Of a DNA stretch of 64,000 nucleotides, positions 9,742-20,815 are shown piece after piece (position 1 is the first letter of the stretch; every line of letters starts with the position of its first letter). The notes under the pieces were generated by a model. That model was given only the letters and a program-made list of their open reading frames with translations, did no database searches and was not told where the DNA came from. A program made the position numbers and the translations under genes. Where the stretch lies: the sequence record DRR723986_19395. One strand, written 5' to 3'.

Positions 9742-10220
9742 ACAGAGTAGATTAAAGCTGTACAGTACGCCGAAACTCCCTCTTGCCGACCTACAAAACC
9801 TAGCTTTTCGGTTGTAGTAGCTTTGATGGAAATGTCATTTTCTGAGACATTCATTACCTCAGCCAGACAAGTTTTCATAGTTGGTATATGGGGGTTGACC
9901 TTAGGAACTTGAAGACAGATCGTAGTGTCTAAATTCCCTACTTCAAAGCCAGCTTCCCGAATTAAAACCATAACTTCTGATAGCAAAATTTTGCTATCAA
10001 TGCCTTTAAATTGCGGGTCTTGATCAGAAAAATGATGTCCTATGTCACGTAAGTTTGCAGCACCAAGAAGCGCATCACAAATCACATGGATCAATACATC
10101 CGCATCGGAATGTCCGACCGCACCTTTCTCGTGTTCTAGTTTTATTCCTCCCAGCCAAAAGTCGTAGCCTTCCTTTAGTTGATGGACATCGTAGCCGAAA
10201 CCTATTCTGAATTTGTTCAT
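9738..10220 (-). CDS. ispF: 2-C-methyl-D-erythritol 2,4-cyclodiphosphate synthase
   Basis: RIGFGYDVH, GHSDADVLIH and KATTTEKLGFVGR motifs. Confidence 0.96.
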   Translation of the reverse strand: MNKFRIGFGYDVHQLKEGYDFWLGGIKLEHEKGAVGHSDADVLIHVICDALLGAANLRDIGHHFSDQDPQFKGIDSKILLSEVMVLIREAGFEVGNLDTTICLQVPKVNPHIPTMKTCLAEVMNVSENDISIKATTTEKLGFVGRQEGVSAYCTALIYSV

Positions 10221-11458
10221 GCAGGTACAGATTTATAATATAAGACAGAAGAGTTTTCTTCACGGATTAAGCGATTTGCCCAAGTCATGATTTCCTCCCC
10301 TTTTATGTTTGATTTATTTTCGAATTCCTCGTAATACAGGTCTGGATTACCAAGCTGTGCATAATTAGCCAAGTTCATTGCCCGATTAAGAACTTGAATT
10401 GACTCATAGGTTTTCATTGCTTCACCTTGGTTCTTTACTTTTTGTAAGGCGTGTTCGGATATTTCAGAGTTTAGAAATTTAGAAATCACTTCATCCAGCC
10501 CCTGTTCTGCTTCTTCGGCAGAAACTCCATTTTCCATTTTTCCGGAGAAAATAAGTAAGCCGGGGTCTACCGAACCTAAAATATAAGCGCCTACCGCCGC
10601 GAAAAGTTTTCCGTTTTTCACAAGAGTTTGCTCAAGGAGTGAAGACTTCCCAAAGCCAATAATGTCGGTAATCAAATCAGCTTCCAAATATCCTTGGGTA
10701 AGTTTAGCTGGCATTTTATAGGCTTTGTACAGTGCGTCAGTTGGGACGTCAGCTTCTACTACTTTGCTTCTTTTGGCGAGCTGAGCAGGTTCGACTGGTA
10801 TCTGATGGTTTGCTTTGGAAAGATTAGGAATCGGTTCAAACCACTTCTTGGCCAAGCGCTCTACCTCCGCTTGAGTCACTGCTCCAGCGACGACTAGGAC
10901 AGCATTGTCCGGTCTATAATTCGCCTGATAAAATTCCCAAACATCCTCTTGGGTATAGTTGATGATATCGTTTAGATTTTGGCCAATGGTTGGCCATCTA
11001 TAAGGGTGTGTTGTATAGGCAAGGTCTCGCAAATGGTGAAATACATCCCCATAAGGCTGATTGAGGTAGCGCTGCTTGTATTCCTCCATCACTACTTTCC
11101 GCTGAGTTTCGATTGTTTTTTCGCTCAGCGTCAATTGTAGCATACGGTCAGATTCCAGCCAAAAGGCTGTCTCCAGATTTGCGGCAGGAATCGTAATGTA
11201 GTAGTTCGTAATATCAGGACTGGTAAATGCATTACAGGCACCACCAACACGCTCGAGTTCACGATCGAATACAGGAACATTTGCAGAACTGCCGAACATT
11301 AAATGTTCGAAGAAATGAGCAAGGCCGGTTTTGCCGAGTTTTTCATTTCGGGATCCGACTTTATATAATAGGTTGAAAACAGCGATTTTGCTGCCGTGAT
11401 CCTCGTGGACGATCACTTCTAATCCGTTTTCTAGGAAAAATCTTGTGTAGGGTAGCAT
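10217..11458 (-). CDS. M16 family (insulinase-like) zinc peptidase
   Basis: Inverted HFFEH motif, NAFTS and WLESDRM. Start set at ATG 11458, downstream of a TAGCTTTG box at 11471-11478 on the minus strand. Confidence 0.9.
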   Translation of the reverse strand: MLPYTRFFLENGLEVIVHEDHGSKIAVFNLLYKVGSRNEKLGKTGLAHFFEHLMFGSSANVPVFDRELERVGGACNAFTSPDITNYYITIPAANLETAFWLESDRMLQLTLSEKTIETQRKVVMEEYKQRYLNQPYGDVFHHLRDLAYTTHPYRWPTIGQNLNDIINYTQEDVWEFYQANYRPDNAVLVVAGAVTQAEVERLAKKWFEPIPNLSKANHQIPVEPAQLAKRSKVVEADVPTDALYKAYKMPAKLTQGYLEADLITDIIGFGKSSLLEQTLVKNGKLFAAVGAYILGSVDPGLLIFSGKMENGVSAEEAEQGLDEVISKFLNSEISEHALQKVKNQGEAMKTYESIQVLNRAMNLANYAQLGNPDLYYEEFENKSNIKGEEIMTWANRLIREENSSVLYYKSVPA

Positions 11459-11661
11459 AATTGTAGCTTGCAAAGCTAAGATAATTGGCAATTATGGCTA
11501 ATCAGCTGGATAGATTTTAAGTAAACCTTAGCAATCAAGCTTGAGTTTAACCATAAACTATCCCTTTGGTGTAAGCATTCCTGATTTTTTCGAAAAAAAA
11601 ACGAACTTTGGAATGATTGCTTAAGTTAGTTTTCCAATATAACCCTCAGCTCAATTCCCTT

Positions 11662-13227
11662 ATGAAAAAACATTGCGTAGAACTTCACAAGACTGGACAG
11701 TTTTCACAATTTTTTTTGGATTATATCGGAGGGAAAAAAGAATTACAACCTTTTTATGCTCACGCTCCTAAGCTGGAGAGTTTCAAGCAGGCAATTGAGC
11801 AAAAGACTTTTTCAGATGAAAATCGCAAAGTGCTGGTAGAAGCGCTGCATAGTCAATATGCAAATCAGGAAGTGAGTTACGCTGTTTCTTCCAACATTAA
11901 GGCATTGGCTTCAGAAGGTACATTCACGGTGACTACAGGTCATCAATTGAATTTATTCACCGGTCCACTTTACTTTATTTACAAGATTGTTTCTACAATT
12001 AATCTAGCCAAAAAATTGGCTGAAACATATCCGAACTACAAGTTTGTGCCTGTTTATTGGATGGCCACTGAGGACCACGATTTTGATGAGATCAATTATT
12101 TCAAACTTGATGGCAAGAAATATCAATGGAATTCTGATCAGACTGGTGCAGTTGGAGATTTTCAACTTGATAAAAGTTTTAAGGAATTTCTTAAATCAGT
12201 ATCCTTTGCTCCGCAGGTATTTTTAGATGCATATTCTTCATCTAAAACGCTAGCAGAGGCAGTCCGCAAGTATGTGAATTCACTTTTTGGCGAGGAAGGT
12301 TTGCTGATTGTGGATGGAGATGATGCGAGTTTGAAACGGGAATTTACAGAGGTCATACTTTCTGATTTGTTCAAACATACTCCTTTTATAAAGGCAACTG
12401 AAGCGACTGAGGAATTGGAGGAATTGGGATATAGCAGTCAGATCTTCCCGAGGGAAGTTAATTTATTCTACTTGGATAAAGGGATTCGGGAGCGGATTGA
12501 AAAGATGGATTCTGGATTTGGTGTGGTAAATACCGAATTGCGATTTTCCGATGAAGAAATGGAGGCTTTGGTAGAGTCAAATCCAGAGCGATTTAGTCCG
12601 AACGTAGTCTTGCGTCCACTTTATCAGGAAACCATTCTGCCTAATCTGGCTTATTTGGGAGGTCCAGCTGAAGTAGTTTATTGGCTGCAGCTAAAGAGTG
12701 TTTTCGATCATTTTAAAACTCCTTTCCCTGTCTTACTACCTCGGAATTTCGCTTTGCTCGCAAACGAAAAAGTACAGCGCAAAATGCAACAATTGAATTG
12801 GAGTGTTGAGGATTTATTTGTGGACGTGGAGCACTGGAAAAAGACTTTTGTGAAGGCTGAAGCTAGCATGGACATAGAGCTCACTAAGCAGAAAGAGGTG
12901 ATTTCAGCACTATTCGATATGAAAGGTAAGGAAGCTGCGCATTTGGAGAAGACCTTGGAAAATGCATTCGAAGCTGGGAAAATGAGATCATTGAAGATCA
13001 TTGATCAAATGGCCAGAAAGCTGCGTAAAGCAGAGGAACGTCGTCTGCATACACAAATTGAGCGTGCCTGTTGTATTCAGGAGTTAGTGAAGCCAGGAGG
13101 TAGCCCACAGGAGCGGGTGGTAAATATGATGGAGTTTTATCTTGCTAACCCAGATCTGATCTCTGAGCTTCTGGATTGCTTCGATCCGCTGGATTTCAGA
13201 ATGATGGTATTGACAAATGAGTCTTGA
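11662..13227 (+). CDS. bshC: Bacillithiol biosynthesis cysteine-adding enzyme BshC
   Basis: TTGHQLNLFTGPLY, YWMATEDHDFDEI, FSPNVVLRPLYQE, YLGGPAEVVYW and PQER motifs. Confidence 0.93.
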   Translation: MKKHCVELHKTGQFSQFFLDYIGGKKELQPFYAHAPKLESFKQAIEQKTFSDENRKVLVEALHSQYANQEVSYAVSSNIKALASEGTFTVTTGHQLNLFTGPLYFIYKIVSTINLAKKLAETYPNYKFVPVYWMATEDHDFDEINYFKLDGKKYQWNSDQTGAVGDFQLDKSFKEFLKSVSFAPQVFLDAYSSSKTLAEAVRKYVNSLFGEEGLLIVDGDDASLKREFTEVILSDLFKHTPFIKATEATEELEELGYSSQIFPREVNLFYLDKGIRERIEKMDSGFGVVNTELRFSDEEMEALVESNPERFSPNVVLRPLYQETILPNLAYLGGPAEVVYWLQLKSVFDHFKTPFPVLLPRNFALLANEKVQRKMQQLNWSVEDLFVDVEHWKKTFVKAEASMDIELTKQKEVISALFDMKGKEAAHLEKTLENAFEAGKMRSLKIIDQMARKLRKAEERRLHTQIERACCIQELVKPGGSPQERVVNMMEFYLANPDLISELLDCFDPLDFRMMVLTNES

Positions 13228-13789
13228 TAAGCACCAGCTAAGAACTTTTTACAAAGAGCTTCGTGCGGCTTTGACAAACGAAGAGATCGAACAGAAATCG
13301 CTTCAGATTTCTAACAATGTGATTGATTTTTTGAAAGAGCGAAAAGGCCTCAATCATATTCACCTATTCTTTCCCATTCCAAAGCAACTGGAAGTGAATA
13401 CCTATCCTATCAAAGAGTATATACAAGAGAGGGGTGGAACGGTTTATACTTCAAAGGTTGATCCAGGTTCGTTGAAACTGCAGACTTTGCTTTTAAAGTC
13501 TGGCACAAACTTTCAGCTTGATAGTTGGGGAATTCCGATTCCAGAAGAGTATGAGTTCGCTTCGAATGAGATGATTCAGTTGGTTTTTGTGCCCTTGCTA
13601 GTTTATGATCAAAAAGGGAATAGAATTGGATTTGGCAAAGGGTATTATGATGTGTTTTTGGCCAGTTTGTATCCTTCAGTAATAAAGGTCGGATTGAGTT
13701 TTTTCTCTCCAGAACTGAGTATTCCATCTGAATTACATGATATCCCACTGGATTATTGTATTACGCCAGAAAATATTATTACTTTTTAA
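13217..13789 (+). CDS. 5-formyltetrahydrofolate cyclo-ligase
   Basis: K..LR N-terminus, WGIP and VPLLVYDQKGNRIGFGKGYYD signature. Confidence 0.92.
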   Translation: MSLDKHQLRTFYKELRAALTNEEIEQKSLQISNNVIDFLKERKGLNHIHLFFPIPKQLEVNTYPIKEYIQERGGTVYTSKVDPGSLKLQTLLLKSGTNFQLDSWGIPIPEEYEFASNEMIQLVFVPLLVYDQKGNRIGFGKGYYDVFLASLYPSVIKVGLSFFSPELSIPSELHDIPLDYCITPENIITF

Positions 13790-13799
13790 ACTTGAATTA

Positions 13800-14309
13800 A
13801 TGAGCTACTCTATGCGATTTACTTTACTCGTGGTTTTTGTTACGCTTTCTCTTTTGTTTTCAGCAGTAGTTGAATCCAAAGCGCAAATCCAAGATTACAA
13901 TACCATGATTGGGATTACTGGCGGAACTAATATTGGCGGAACTATAAAACAATTTATTTCTTACAATGGCGCCGTTGACCTGCTTGTTTACAAGAGATGG
14001 AAAGGCTGGGTTGCAGCTGCATTATATGAGCACCATATGGACATTCGAGAATTCCGAGGGCTTGAGTGGTATTTTGGTGGCGGAGCTCATTACGGAATAT
14101 GGAAAGATGGAAAAGGTGAGCCACCTTGGGTGTATAAGATTGATCAGGATTATAAGGTGTTCGGAATTGATGCAATTACCGGAGTGGAATACAACATTAA
14201 TAAGAGTAATTTTTTTGTAGGGTTGTATTGGAAGCCTGCCTATAATTTCACCGACTTTACTAAGTTTTGGGAGGATGAAGTGGCATTTACGCTACGATAT
14301 TCTTTGTAA
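13800..14309 (+). CDS. Small outer-membrane beta-barrel protein
   Basis: Signal peptide; WYFGGGAHYG, GIDAITGVEY and C-terminal LRYSL. Start may instead be 13812. Confidence 0.7.
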   Translation: MSYSMRFTLLVVFVTLSLLFSAVVESKAQIQDYNTMIGITGGTNIGGTIKQFISYNGAVDLLVYKRWKGWVAAALYEHHMDIREFRGLEWYFGGGAHYGIWKDGKGEPPWVYKIDQDYKVFGIDAITGVEYNINKSNFFVGLYWKPAYNFTDFTKFWEDEVAFTLRYSL

Positions 14310-14389
14310 TGGAAAACTTTTTTTATTGAATGGTGAGACTTCTAATCCTAGGTTTAATATAGATAGTTGAGGAAGCTAAAATTTAAATG

Positions 14390-14418
14390 AGCAGCGCCAG
14401 ATCGGCGCTGCTTTTTTT
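14390..14418 (+). terminator. Intrinsic terminator
   Basis: agcagcgcc-agatc-ggcgctgct followed by a T run. Confidence 0.8.
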
Positions 14419-14500
14419 ATTCAATTTATTTTATATCACTGATATTAAGTATATTAAAATATCATTTTTAATACATTACTCTTTTTAAAACTAGATTTTT

Positions 14501-16165
14501 ATGTCGCAATCAACGGAGGTTTCTGAAACGCTTAAACCATTTAAATCCATTGGAGTCTGCTTTAGCGGCGGTGGCTACAGAGCTACAGCTTTCAGCTTGG
14601 GGGTTTTAGATTACCTGAATAGAATTGAGTTTGAAGGAAAACCGCTACTTGAAAACGTAATAGCGCTTAGCTCAGTAAGCGGAGGGACAATTACTGCAGG
14701 TTTATTTGCCGCGAGCAATGCCAAAGGGGAATCCTTCGAGGCTTTTTATTCAAAACTTTATTCTTTTTTAAAGGAAGATAAGCTGGTAGGGGAGGCTACG
14801 GCAAAGTTTATGGATAATGAATTTTGGCAGACCACGACTAGGAGTAGATCAGTGATTAATGGCTTTGCATTGACATATTATGAGAAGCTAGTTGCTGAAA
14901 GCTTTGAGGATTTAAAGCCGCAGAAAATACAAGGTCACTTGAAGTATGTCTGCTTTAATGCTACTGAATTTACATATGGGTTGACTTTTAGATTTCAGAA
15001 CGTTAATAAGTTTGGGAATTATGAATTGAAATGTGATCAGCTTCAAGCTGTATTGAGCGACATACGGATTGCCGATGCAATTGCTTCTTCCTCATGTTTT
15101 CCCGTAGGGTTTGCGCCCATGATTTTCCCAAATGATTACTTAGAAAATCACGAAAGTCAAGAATATATTAACCTGATCACTGTTCCCAAATTTGCCAAGG
15201 GTGTAGGTATAATGGATGGAGGTATTGTGGATAATCAAGGGATTGGCAGCATGGTGAATTTTGATAAGAGTTCTCAGGAAGGTTTTCCTTTAGATCTACT
15301 TATTGTGAATGATGTAGATGGTTTTGTTATGCCACCTTGGAATCTTTATCAAGGCGCAAATTCAAGTGAGGGTAAAGAACCGTTCTCTTCCTATGTTGCA
15401 GGGTGGCTAGGGCACCTTCAAATGAAGTCTATTTATTGGATTGGTCTGTTGATAGGCTTATTTGGATTAATATTCACTAGTGTTTTAGACGTATTTTTTG
15501 AGAAAACCTGGATTTTGGTTTATGGTATTTCAAGTGGGTTGATCGGCATATTTGCCGTATTAACTAGCTTGGGGCTTTTGGGTGATTACGTAGTGAAAAA
15601 AGCTAAGAATGAAGTGCAGGGAATGGTTAAAAATGTCTTGCCACATGCCTTGCTGGATGACGTGGAGAGATTCGCCAATTTGGAAGTAAATCAGGTAAAA
15701 GATATGGTGATCAATAGATGGACTTCAGCGCTACTAATGATTAATGAGATATTCCTCAGACAAATAAGAAGGTTGAATTTTGACTTGCTTTATACCACCC
15801 CAAAATTCGTTAATCGAAGAGTAACTTCAACAGTGTACCAACTGAACGGAAAGCAAAACACGATCAGTGATGAAAAACAAAAAGAAAAGGCGGATGATAT
15901 CACTGTATCGAAAAAAATTAAAGAATCTGCGCTTCTCGCTTCGCAGATGCCTACCACATTGTGGTGGGATAGCGAGGACTTAAAAGTGCACCGTCAGGAT
16001 AACCTTATCGCTTGCGGACAGTTTACTACTTGTTACAATCTAATAAAGTACATTCAGAAACTTCCTTCAGAATATCAAACGGATCAGGTAAAGAATCTCC
16101 ATAAAGCCCTTTTGGAAGATTGGGAACAATTCACTGCCGACCCATTAATTTTTGTAAGGAAATAG
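14501..16165 (+). CDS. Patatin/cPLA2-like phospholipase with an internal TM hairpin
   Basis: SGGGYRA oxyanion motif, SVSGG nucleophile elbow, ASSSCFP and DGG; two hydrophobic helices near residues 310-360. Confidence 0.85.
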   Translation: MSQSTEVSETLKPFKSIGVCFSGGGYRATAFSLGVLDYLNRIEFEGKPLLENVIALSSVSGGTITAGLFAASNAKGESFEAFYSKLYSFLKEDKLVGEATAKFMDNEFWQTTTRSRSVINGFALTYYEKLVAESFEDLKPQKIQGHLKYVCFNATEFTYGLTFRFQNVNKFGNYELKCDQLQAVLSDIRIADAIASSSCFPVGFAPMIFPNDYLENHESQEYINLITVPKFAKGVGIMDGGIVDNQGIGSMVNFDKSSQEGFPLDLLIVNDVDGFVMPPWNLYQGANSSEGKEPFSSYVAGWLGHLQMKSIYWIGLLIGLFGLIFTSVLDVFFEKTWILVYGISSGLIGIFAVLTSLGLLGDYVVKKAKNEVQGMVKNVLPHALLDDVERFANLEVNQVKDMVINRWTSALLMINEIFLRQIRRLNFDLLYTTPKFVNRRVTSTVYQLNGKQNTISDEKQKEKADDITVSKKIKESALLASQMPTTLWWDSEDLKVHRQDNLIACGQFTTCYNLIKYIQKLPSEYQTDQVKNLHKALLEDWEQFTADPLIFVRK

Positions 16166-16378
16166 TTATCACTTTTGCTGCTTTTTATCGAGTAGTAGGG
16201 GGAAATGAGGTGGTTTTTGTACAATAAAATTAACTAGTAACAACGGTTTTCAATGAGTTTTATGAAATATAGATTCAAGAAGCTGTTTCTTGGCTGAATT
16301 TTCCATACGTGTTGAATAGAATCAATTAGTATATTTGGAAAGGCAAATAAGCAATTTTTTATTGTAGGATTAAGACCT

Positions 16379-16386
16379 TAGCTTTG
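16379..16386 (+). promoter_or_regulatory. -7 promoter box (TAGCTTTG) of sucA
   Basis: Exact TAnnTTTG match 22 nt before the ATG. Confidence 0.55.
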
Positions 16387-16408
16387 GATTCTTCTTGAAC
16401 AATTAACA

Positions 16409-19201
16409 ATGGATAAGTTTTCTTATATCGCTAATGCTCACGTGTCTTATATCGATGAGCTATACTCTTCTTACAAGAGTGACCCAGAATCAATCGACCC
16501 AAGCTGGAAAGAGTTTTTTGACGGCTTTGACTTTGCACTAACCAACTACGGTGAAGAAGAGGTCGGAGCTTTGTCAAATGGAAAGTCTACTCCTCCTGCC
16601 AAAAATGGCGCACTTGCCACTCCAGGTACCATTATGGACATGGAGCAATTGCCTAAGGAAATTAAGGTAAGAGCATTGATTCATGCTTACAGATCTCGAG
16701 CTCACTTGAGATCAAAGACTAACCCTGTACGAGAGCGAAGAGATAGAAAAGCTTTGATCGACCCTCAGGACTTTGGGTTGGGGCAGGAAGACATGAATAC
16801 CGAATTCCAAGCTGGTAACGAGATTGGTATTGGTTCTGCAAAACTTTCTAAGATTTTAGATTCTTTAAAGTCTATTTACGAAGGATCTGTAGGGTTTGAA
16901 TACTTATATATACGCGATCCGGAGATGTTGGATTGGTTTAAAACTAAAGTAGAAAAAGAAGCTTTAGCATTTAACCCAACTCATGAGGAGAAAAAAAGAA
17001 TCCTTTCGAAACTTAACCAAGCGGTGGTTTTCGAAAACTTTTTGCACACCAAATATCTTGGTCAAAAGCGTTTTTCACTGGAAGGTGGAGAAAGCACCAT
17101 TCCATTCTTGGATGCTGTAATTAATACTTCTTCTCAGTTAGGCGTGAAGGAAGTGATGATAGGCATGGCTCACAGAGGTCGTTTGAATGTTTTGGCAAAT
17201 ATAATGGGCAAAACCTACGAGCAGATTTTCTCTGAATTCGAAGGAACAGCCAAGCCGGATTTAACAATGGGCGATGGGGATGTGAAATATCACATGGGTT
17301 ATTCCAGTGATATTGTGACGCATTCGGAGAATAAGGTTCACCTGAAACTAGCGCCAAACCCTTCTCACCTAGAGGCTGTGGATCCAGTAGTGGAAGGTTT
17401 CCTACGTGCAAAGATCGATTCAGAATACAAAGGTGATTATACCAAAGCACTTCCAATTTTGATTCATGGAGATGCTGCTATCGCTGGTCAAGGAATCGTT
17501 TACGAGGTGACTCAGATGGAAGATCTGAAAGGTTATAATACGGGTGGTACGATCCACTTTGTAATCAATAATCAAGTTGGTTTTACTACCGATTTTGATG
17601 ATGCCCGTTCTTCTATCTATTGTACTGACATTGCCAAAATCATTGACGCACCTGTCATTCACGTGAATGGTGATAATGCTGAGGCTGTAGTATTTGCAGC
17701 AAAACTTGCAGCGGAATTCAGACAAAAATTCAGCCGTGATATTTTTGTGGACATGGTCTGCTATAGACGTCATGGGCATAATGAGTCTGACGAACCGAAG
17801 TTCACTCAGCCAGAACTTTACAACATCATTTCTAAACACCCAAATCCAAGAGAGATCTACGTGAAGCGCCTCGCTGAACGTGGTGATGTGGAAGCTAAAT
17901 TGGCTTCGCAAATGGATGAGGAATTCAGACAGTTGCTTCAGGATCGTTTGAATTTGGTAAAGGAAAAGCCTCTTCCATATCAGGCAACTCGATTCGAAGA
18001 AGAATGGAGTAACTTGAGAAGATCTAAGCCAGAGGATTTTGATCAATCCCCTCAGACTGGTGTAACTCAGGAGCAAATAGAAAAAGTTGCTGAAGCGCTT
18101 ACTGTGATTCCTAAAGGATTTAAGCCGCTTAAGCAGATTGAAGCCCAGCTGAAGCAGCGTAAAGACATGTTTTTCCAGTCTAAATCATTAAACTGGGCAG
18201 CAGCAGAATTACTTGCTTACGGTTCCTTGACTTTGGAAGGAAAGACTGTTCGATTGACTGGCCAGGATGTGCAAAGAGGGACTTTCTCTCACCGTCATGC
18301 GGTCCTTCATGATGCCAATACAAATAAAGCCTACAATTCCCTAAAAGAAATGAAGGACAGAAAAGGTGAATTCTATATCTACAATTCACTTCTTTCTGAA
18401 TACGCGGTTTTAGGTTTTGAATATGGTTATGCCATGGCAAACCCAAATTCCTTGACGATCTGGGAAGCACAATTTGGTGATTTCGCCAATGGCGCTCAAA
18501 CCATGATTGACCAGTTTATTACCTCTGGTGAATCAAAATGGCAGAAAATGAACGGTTTGGTAATGTTGCTTCCACATGGCTATGAAGGTCAGGGACCAGA
18601 GCACTCCAATGCACGTCCGGAAAGATTCCTGCAGCTTGCTGCTGAATACAATACAATTGTCGCTAACGTAACTGAGCCGTCTAACTTCTTCCACTTGCTG
18701 AGAAGACAGCTGGCTTGGGAATTTAGAAAGCCATGTATTGTCATGTCGCCTAAGTCTTTGCTTAGACATCCAAAAGTAGTTTCTCCACTTTCCGAATTTA
18801 CTTCGGGTACTTTCAGAGAAGTACTTCCAGACACTACCGTGAATGCTAAAGATGTGAAACGTGCAGTGCTTTGCTCAGGCAAGATTTACTACGATTTGGA
18901 AGAAGCTCGCGAGAAAGAGAAAGTAAAAGATGTGGCTATCGTTAGGATCGAGCAACTACACCCACTTCCTAAGAAGCAGATGCTGGATGCTTTGTCTGCT
19001 TATCCAGAAGCTGAATTAGTTTGGGTACAGGAAGAACCATCTAACATGGGCTATTGGAATTATATGTTAAGACTCCTTTATAAAGAATTACCTATGGAGG
19101 TGATCGCAAGAAAAGCAAGTGCTTCGCCTGCCACAGGATATAATAAAGTCCACGTAGAAGAGCAGAAAAATATTGTTGCTCAGGCACTTAAATTGAAATA
19201 A
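16409..19201 (+). CDS. sucA: 2-oxoglutarate dehydrogenase E1
   Basis: KRFSLEGGE, GMAHRGRLN, HGDAAIAGQG, RGTFSHRH, WEAQFGDF and PHGYEGQGPEHS motifs. Confidence 0.97.
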   Translation: MDKFSYIANAHVSYIDELYSSYKSDPESIDPSWKEFFDGFDFALTNYGEEEVGALSNGKSTPPAKNGALATPGTIMDMEQLPKEIKVRALIHAYRSRAHLRSKTNPVRERRDRKALIDPQDFGLGQEDMNTEFQAGNEIGIGSAKLSKILDSLKSIYEGSVGFEYLYIRDPEMLDWFKTKVEKEALAFNPTHEEKKRILSKLNQAVVFENFLHTKYLGQKRFSLEGGESTIPFLDAVINTSSQLGVKEVMIGMAHRGRLNVLANIMGKTYEQIFSEFEGTAKPDLTMGDGDVKYHMGYSSDIVTHSENKVHLKLAPNPSHLEAVDPVVEGFLRAKIDSEYKGDYTKALPILIHGDAAIAGQGIVYEVTQMEDLKGYNTGGTIHFVINNQVGFTTDFDDARSSIYCTDIAKIIDAPVIHVNGDNAEAVVFAAKLAAEFRQKFSRDIFVDMVCYRRHGHNESDEPKFTQPELYNIISKHPNPREIYVKRLAERGDVEAKLASQMDEEFRQLLQDRLNLVKEKPLPYQATRFEEEWSNLRRSKPEDFDQSPQTGVTQEQIEKVAEALTVIPKGFKPLKQIEAQLKQRKDMFFQSKSLNWAAAELLAYGSLTLEGKTVRLTGQDVQRGTFSHRHAVLHDANTNKAYNSLKEMKDRKGEFYIYNSLLSEYAVLGFEYGYAMANPNSLTIWEAQFGDFANGAQTMIDQFITSGESKWQKMNGLVMLLPHGYEGQGPEHSNARPERFLQLAAEYNTIVANVTEPSNFFHLLRRQLAWEFRKPCIVMSPKSLLRHPKVVSPLSEFTSGTFREVLPDTTVNAKDVKRAVLCSGKIYYDLEEAREKEKVKDVAIVRIEQLHPLPKKQMLDALSAYPEAELVWVQEEPSNMGYWNYMLRLLYKELPMEVIARKASASPATGYNKVHVEEQKNIVAQALKLK

Positions 19202-19288
19202 TTACAGCTCTTTTTATAAAGACATCCAAAATAATCGTATCATTTTGTTCCTCTCTTTTTGACTAGAAAGAGAAAAATAGAAAAACTT

Positions 19289-20815
19289 ATGAGCAAAGAA
19301 ATTAAAGTCCCAGCGGTAGGAGAATCCATCACGGAAGTAACTATCGGTCAATGGTTTAAAAAAGATGGAGAGGAAGTTCAGATGGACGAAGTCCTTTGTG
19401 AACTGGAATCTGATAAAGCCACTTTTGAATTGCCGGCAGAAGCTGCGGGCGTGCTTAGAATCAAAGCCCAAGAAGGTGATGTACTGGAAATAGGAGCTGT
19501 GATCTGTGAAATCGACGAAACTGGAACTCCAGGTAAATCTGAGCCAGCTGCTGAAGCTGCACCTAAAGCTGAAGCAAAATCTTCTGAATCAAAAGCTACC
19601 GGAGAAGTGAAAGACATGGTAGTGCCTACTGTAGGTGAGTCTATCACGGAAGTTACTTTGGCTAACTGGCTAAAAGGTGATGGAGATTATGTGAAGTTGG
19701 ATGAAATCATCGCTGAGGTAGATTCTGATAAGGCTACTTTTGAATTGCCAGCTGAGGCATCAGGAATTCTTCGCCACGTGGCGCAAGAAGGCGATGTGCT
19801 TGAGATTGGTGGAATGATCTGTAAAATCGAAGTGACGGAAGGCGAACCAGCGGCTGCAGCTAGTTCTGAATCTTCTTCTGAATCAGCTCCAGCAGCTGCC
19901 TCAGGAAATACAAACTATGCTACTGGACATGCGTCTCCTGCAGCTTCGAAGATTTTGGCAGAAAAAGGAGTTTCTCCTGAGTCTGTAAAAGGAACTGGAA
20001 AAGACGGTAGAATTACTAAAGAAGATGCTCAATCTGCTCAAAAAGCTGCTCCAGCTCCAGCAAAAGCTGAAAGCAAACCAGCGGCGGCTTCTGCTCCTGC
20101 ACCAGTTGCTGGTTCTAGAAACGAGCGCAGAGAGAAAATGTCTTCTTTAAGAAAAACAGTTGCAAAGCGTTTGGTTTCTGTGAAAAATGAAACAGCCATG
20201 TTGACCACATTCAATGAGGTGAACATGAAGCCGATCATGGATTTGAGATCCAAATTCAAAGAGCAATTCAAAGAGAAGCATGGTGTAGGACTTGGTTTCA
20301 TGTCCTTCTTCACCAAAGCTGTTTGTGTAGCCCTTCAGGAATGGCCTGCAGTAAATGCTAAAATTGACGGAAACGAGATCGTTTACAACGATTACTGTGA
20401 TATCTCAATTGCCGTTTCTGCTCCAAAAGGATTGGTAGTTCCGGTAATCAGAAATGCTGAAACACTAAGCTTTGATCAGGTAGAAAAAGAGGTTGTAAGA
20501 TTGGCGATGAAAGCTAGAGACAACAAGCTTTCTATAGAGGAAATGACTGGCGGTACGTTCACATTGACTAACGGAGGAATCTTCGGTTCTATGATGTCAA
20601 CACCTATCATCAATGCTCCACAATCTGCTATTCTAGGTATGCACAACATCGTGCAGCGTCCGATGGCTGTGAATGGTGAGGTTGTTATCCTTCCGATGAT
20701 GTACTTGGCACTTTCTTATGATCACAGAATCATCGATGGCCGTGAGTCAGTAAGCTTCCTGGTTCGAGTAAAAGAATTGCTTGAAGATCCGACCAGATTG
20801 TTGTTTGGAGTTTAA
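19289..20815 (+). CDS. sucB: Dihydrolipoyllysine-residue succinyltransferase E2 with two lipoyl domains
   Basis: Two E(L/V).[11 protein letters not shown] lipoyl motifs, [12 protein letters not shown] subunit-binding domain, YDHRIIDG catalytic motif. Confidence 0.96.
   Translation: MSKEIKVPAVGESITEVTIGQWFKKDGEEVQMDEVLCELESDKATFELPAEAAGVLRIKAQEGDVLEIGAVICEIDETGTPGKSEPAAEAAPKAEAKSSESKATGEVKDMVVPTVGESITEVTLANWLKGDGDYVKLDEIIAEVDSDKATFELPAEASGILRHVAQEGDVLEIGGMICKIEVTEGEPAAAASSESSSESAPAAASGNTNYATGHASPAASKILAEKGVSPESVKGTGKDGRITKEDAQSAQKAAPAPAKAESKPAAASAPAPVAGSRNERREKMSSLRKTVAKRLVSVKNETAMLTTFNEVNMKPIMDLRSKFKEQFKEKHGVGLGFMSFFTKAVCVALQEWPAVNAKIDGNEIVYNDYCDISIAVSAPKGLVVPVIRNAETLSFDQVEKEVVRLAMKARDNKLSIEEMTGGTFTLTNGGIFGSMMSTPIINAPQSAILGMHNIVQRPMAVNGEVVILPMMYLALSYDHRIIDGRESVSFLVRVKELLEDPTRLLFGV

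Noticed and set aside
17121-18882. Antisense and alternate-frame ORFs inside sucA (similarly inside dusB, gdhA, sucB, lpdA, clpB, obgE, dnaJ and prfC)
   Set aside because: They are shadow ORFs of conserved genes with no recognisable motifs.
19289-19840. Internal duplication in sucB
   Set aside because: These are two lipoyl domains, an ordinary variation in E2 subunits.
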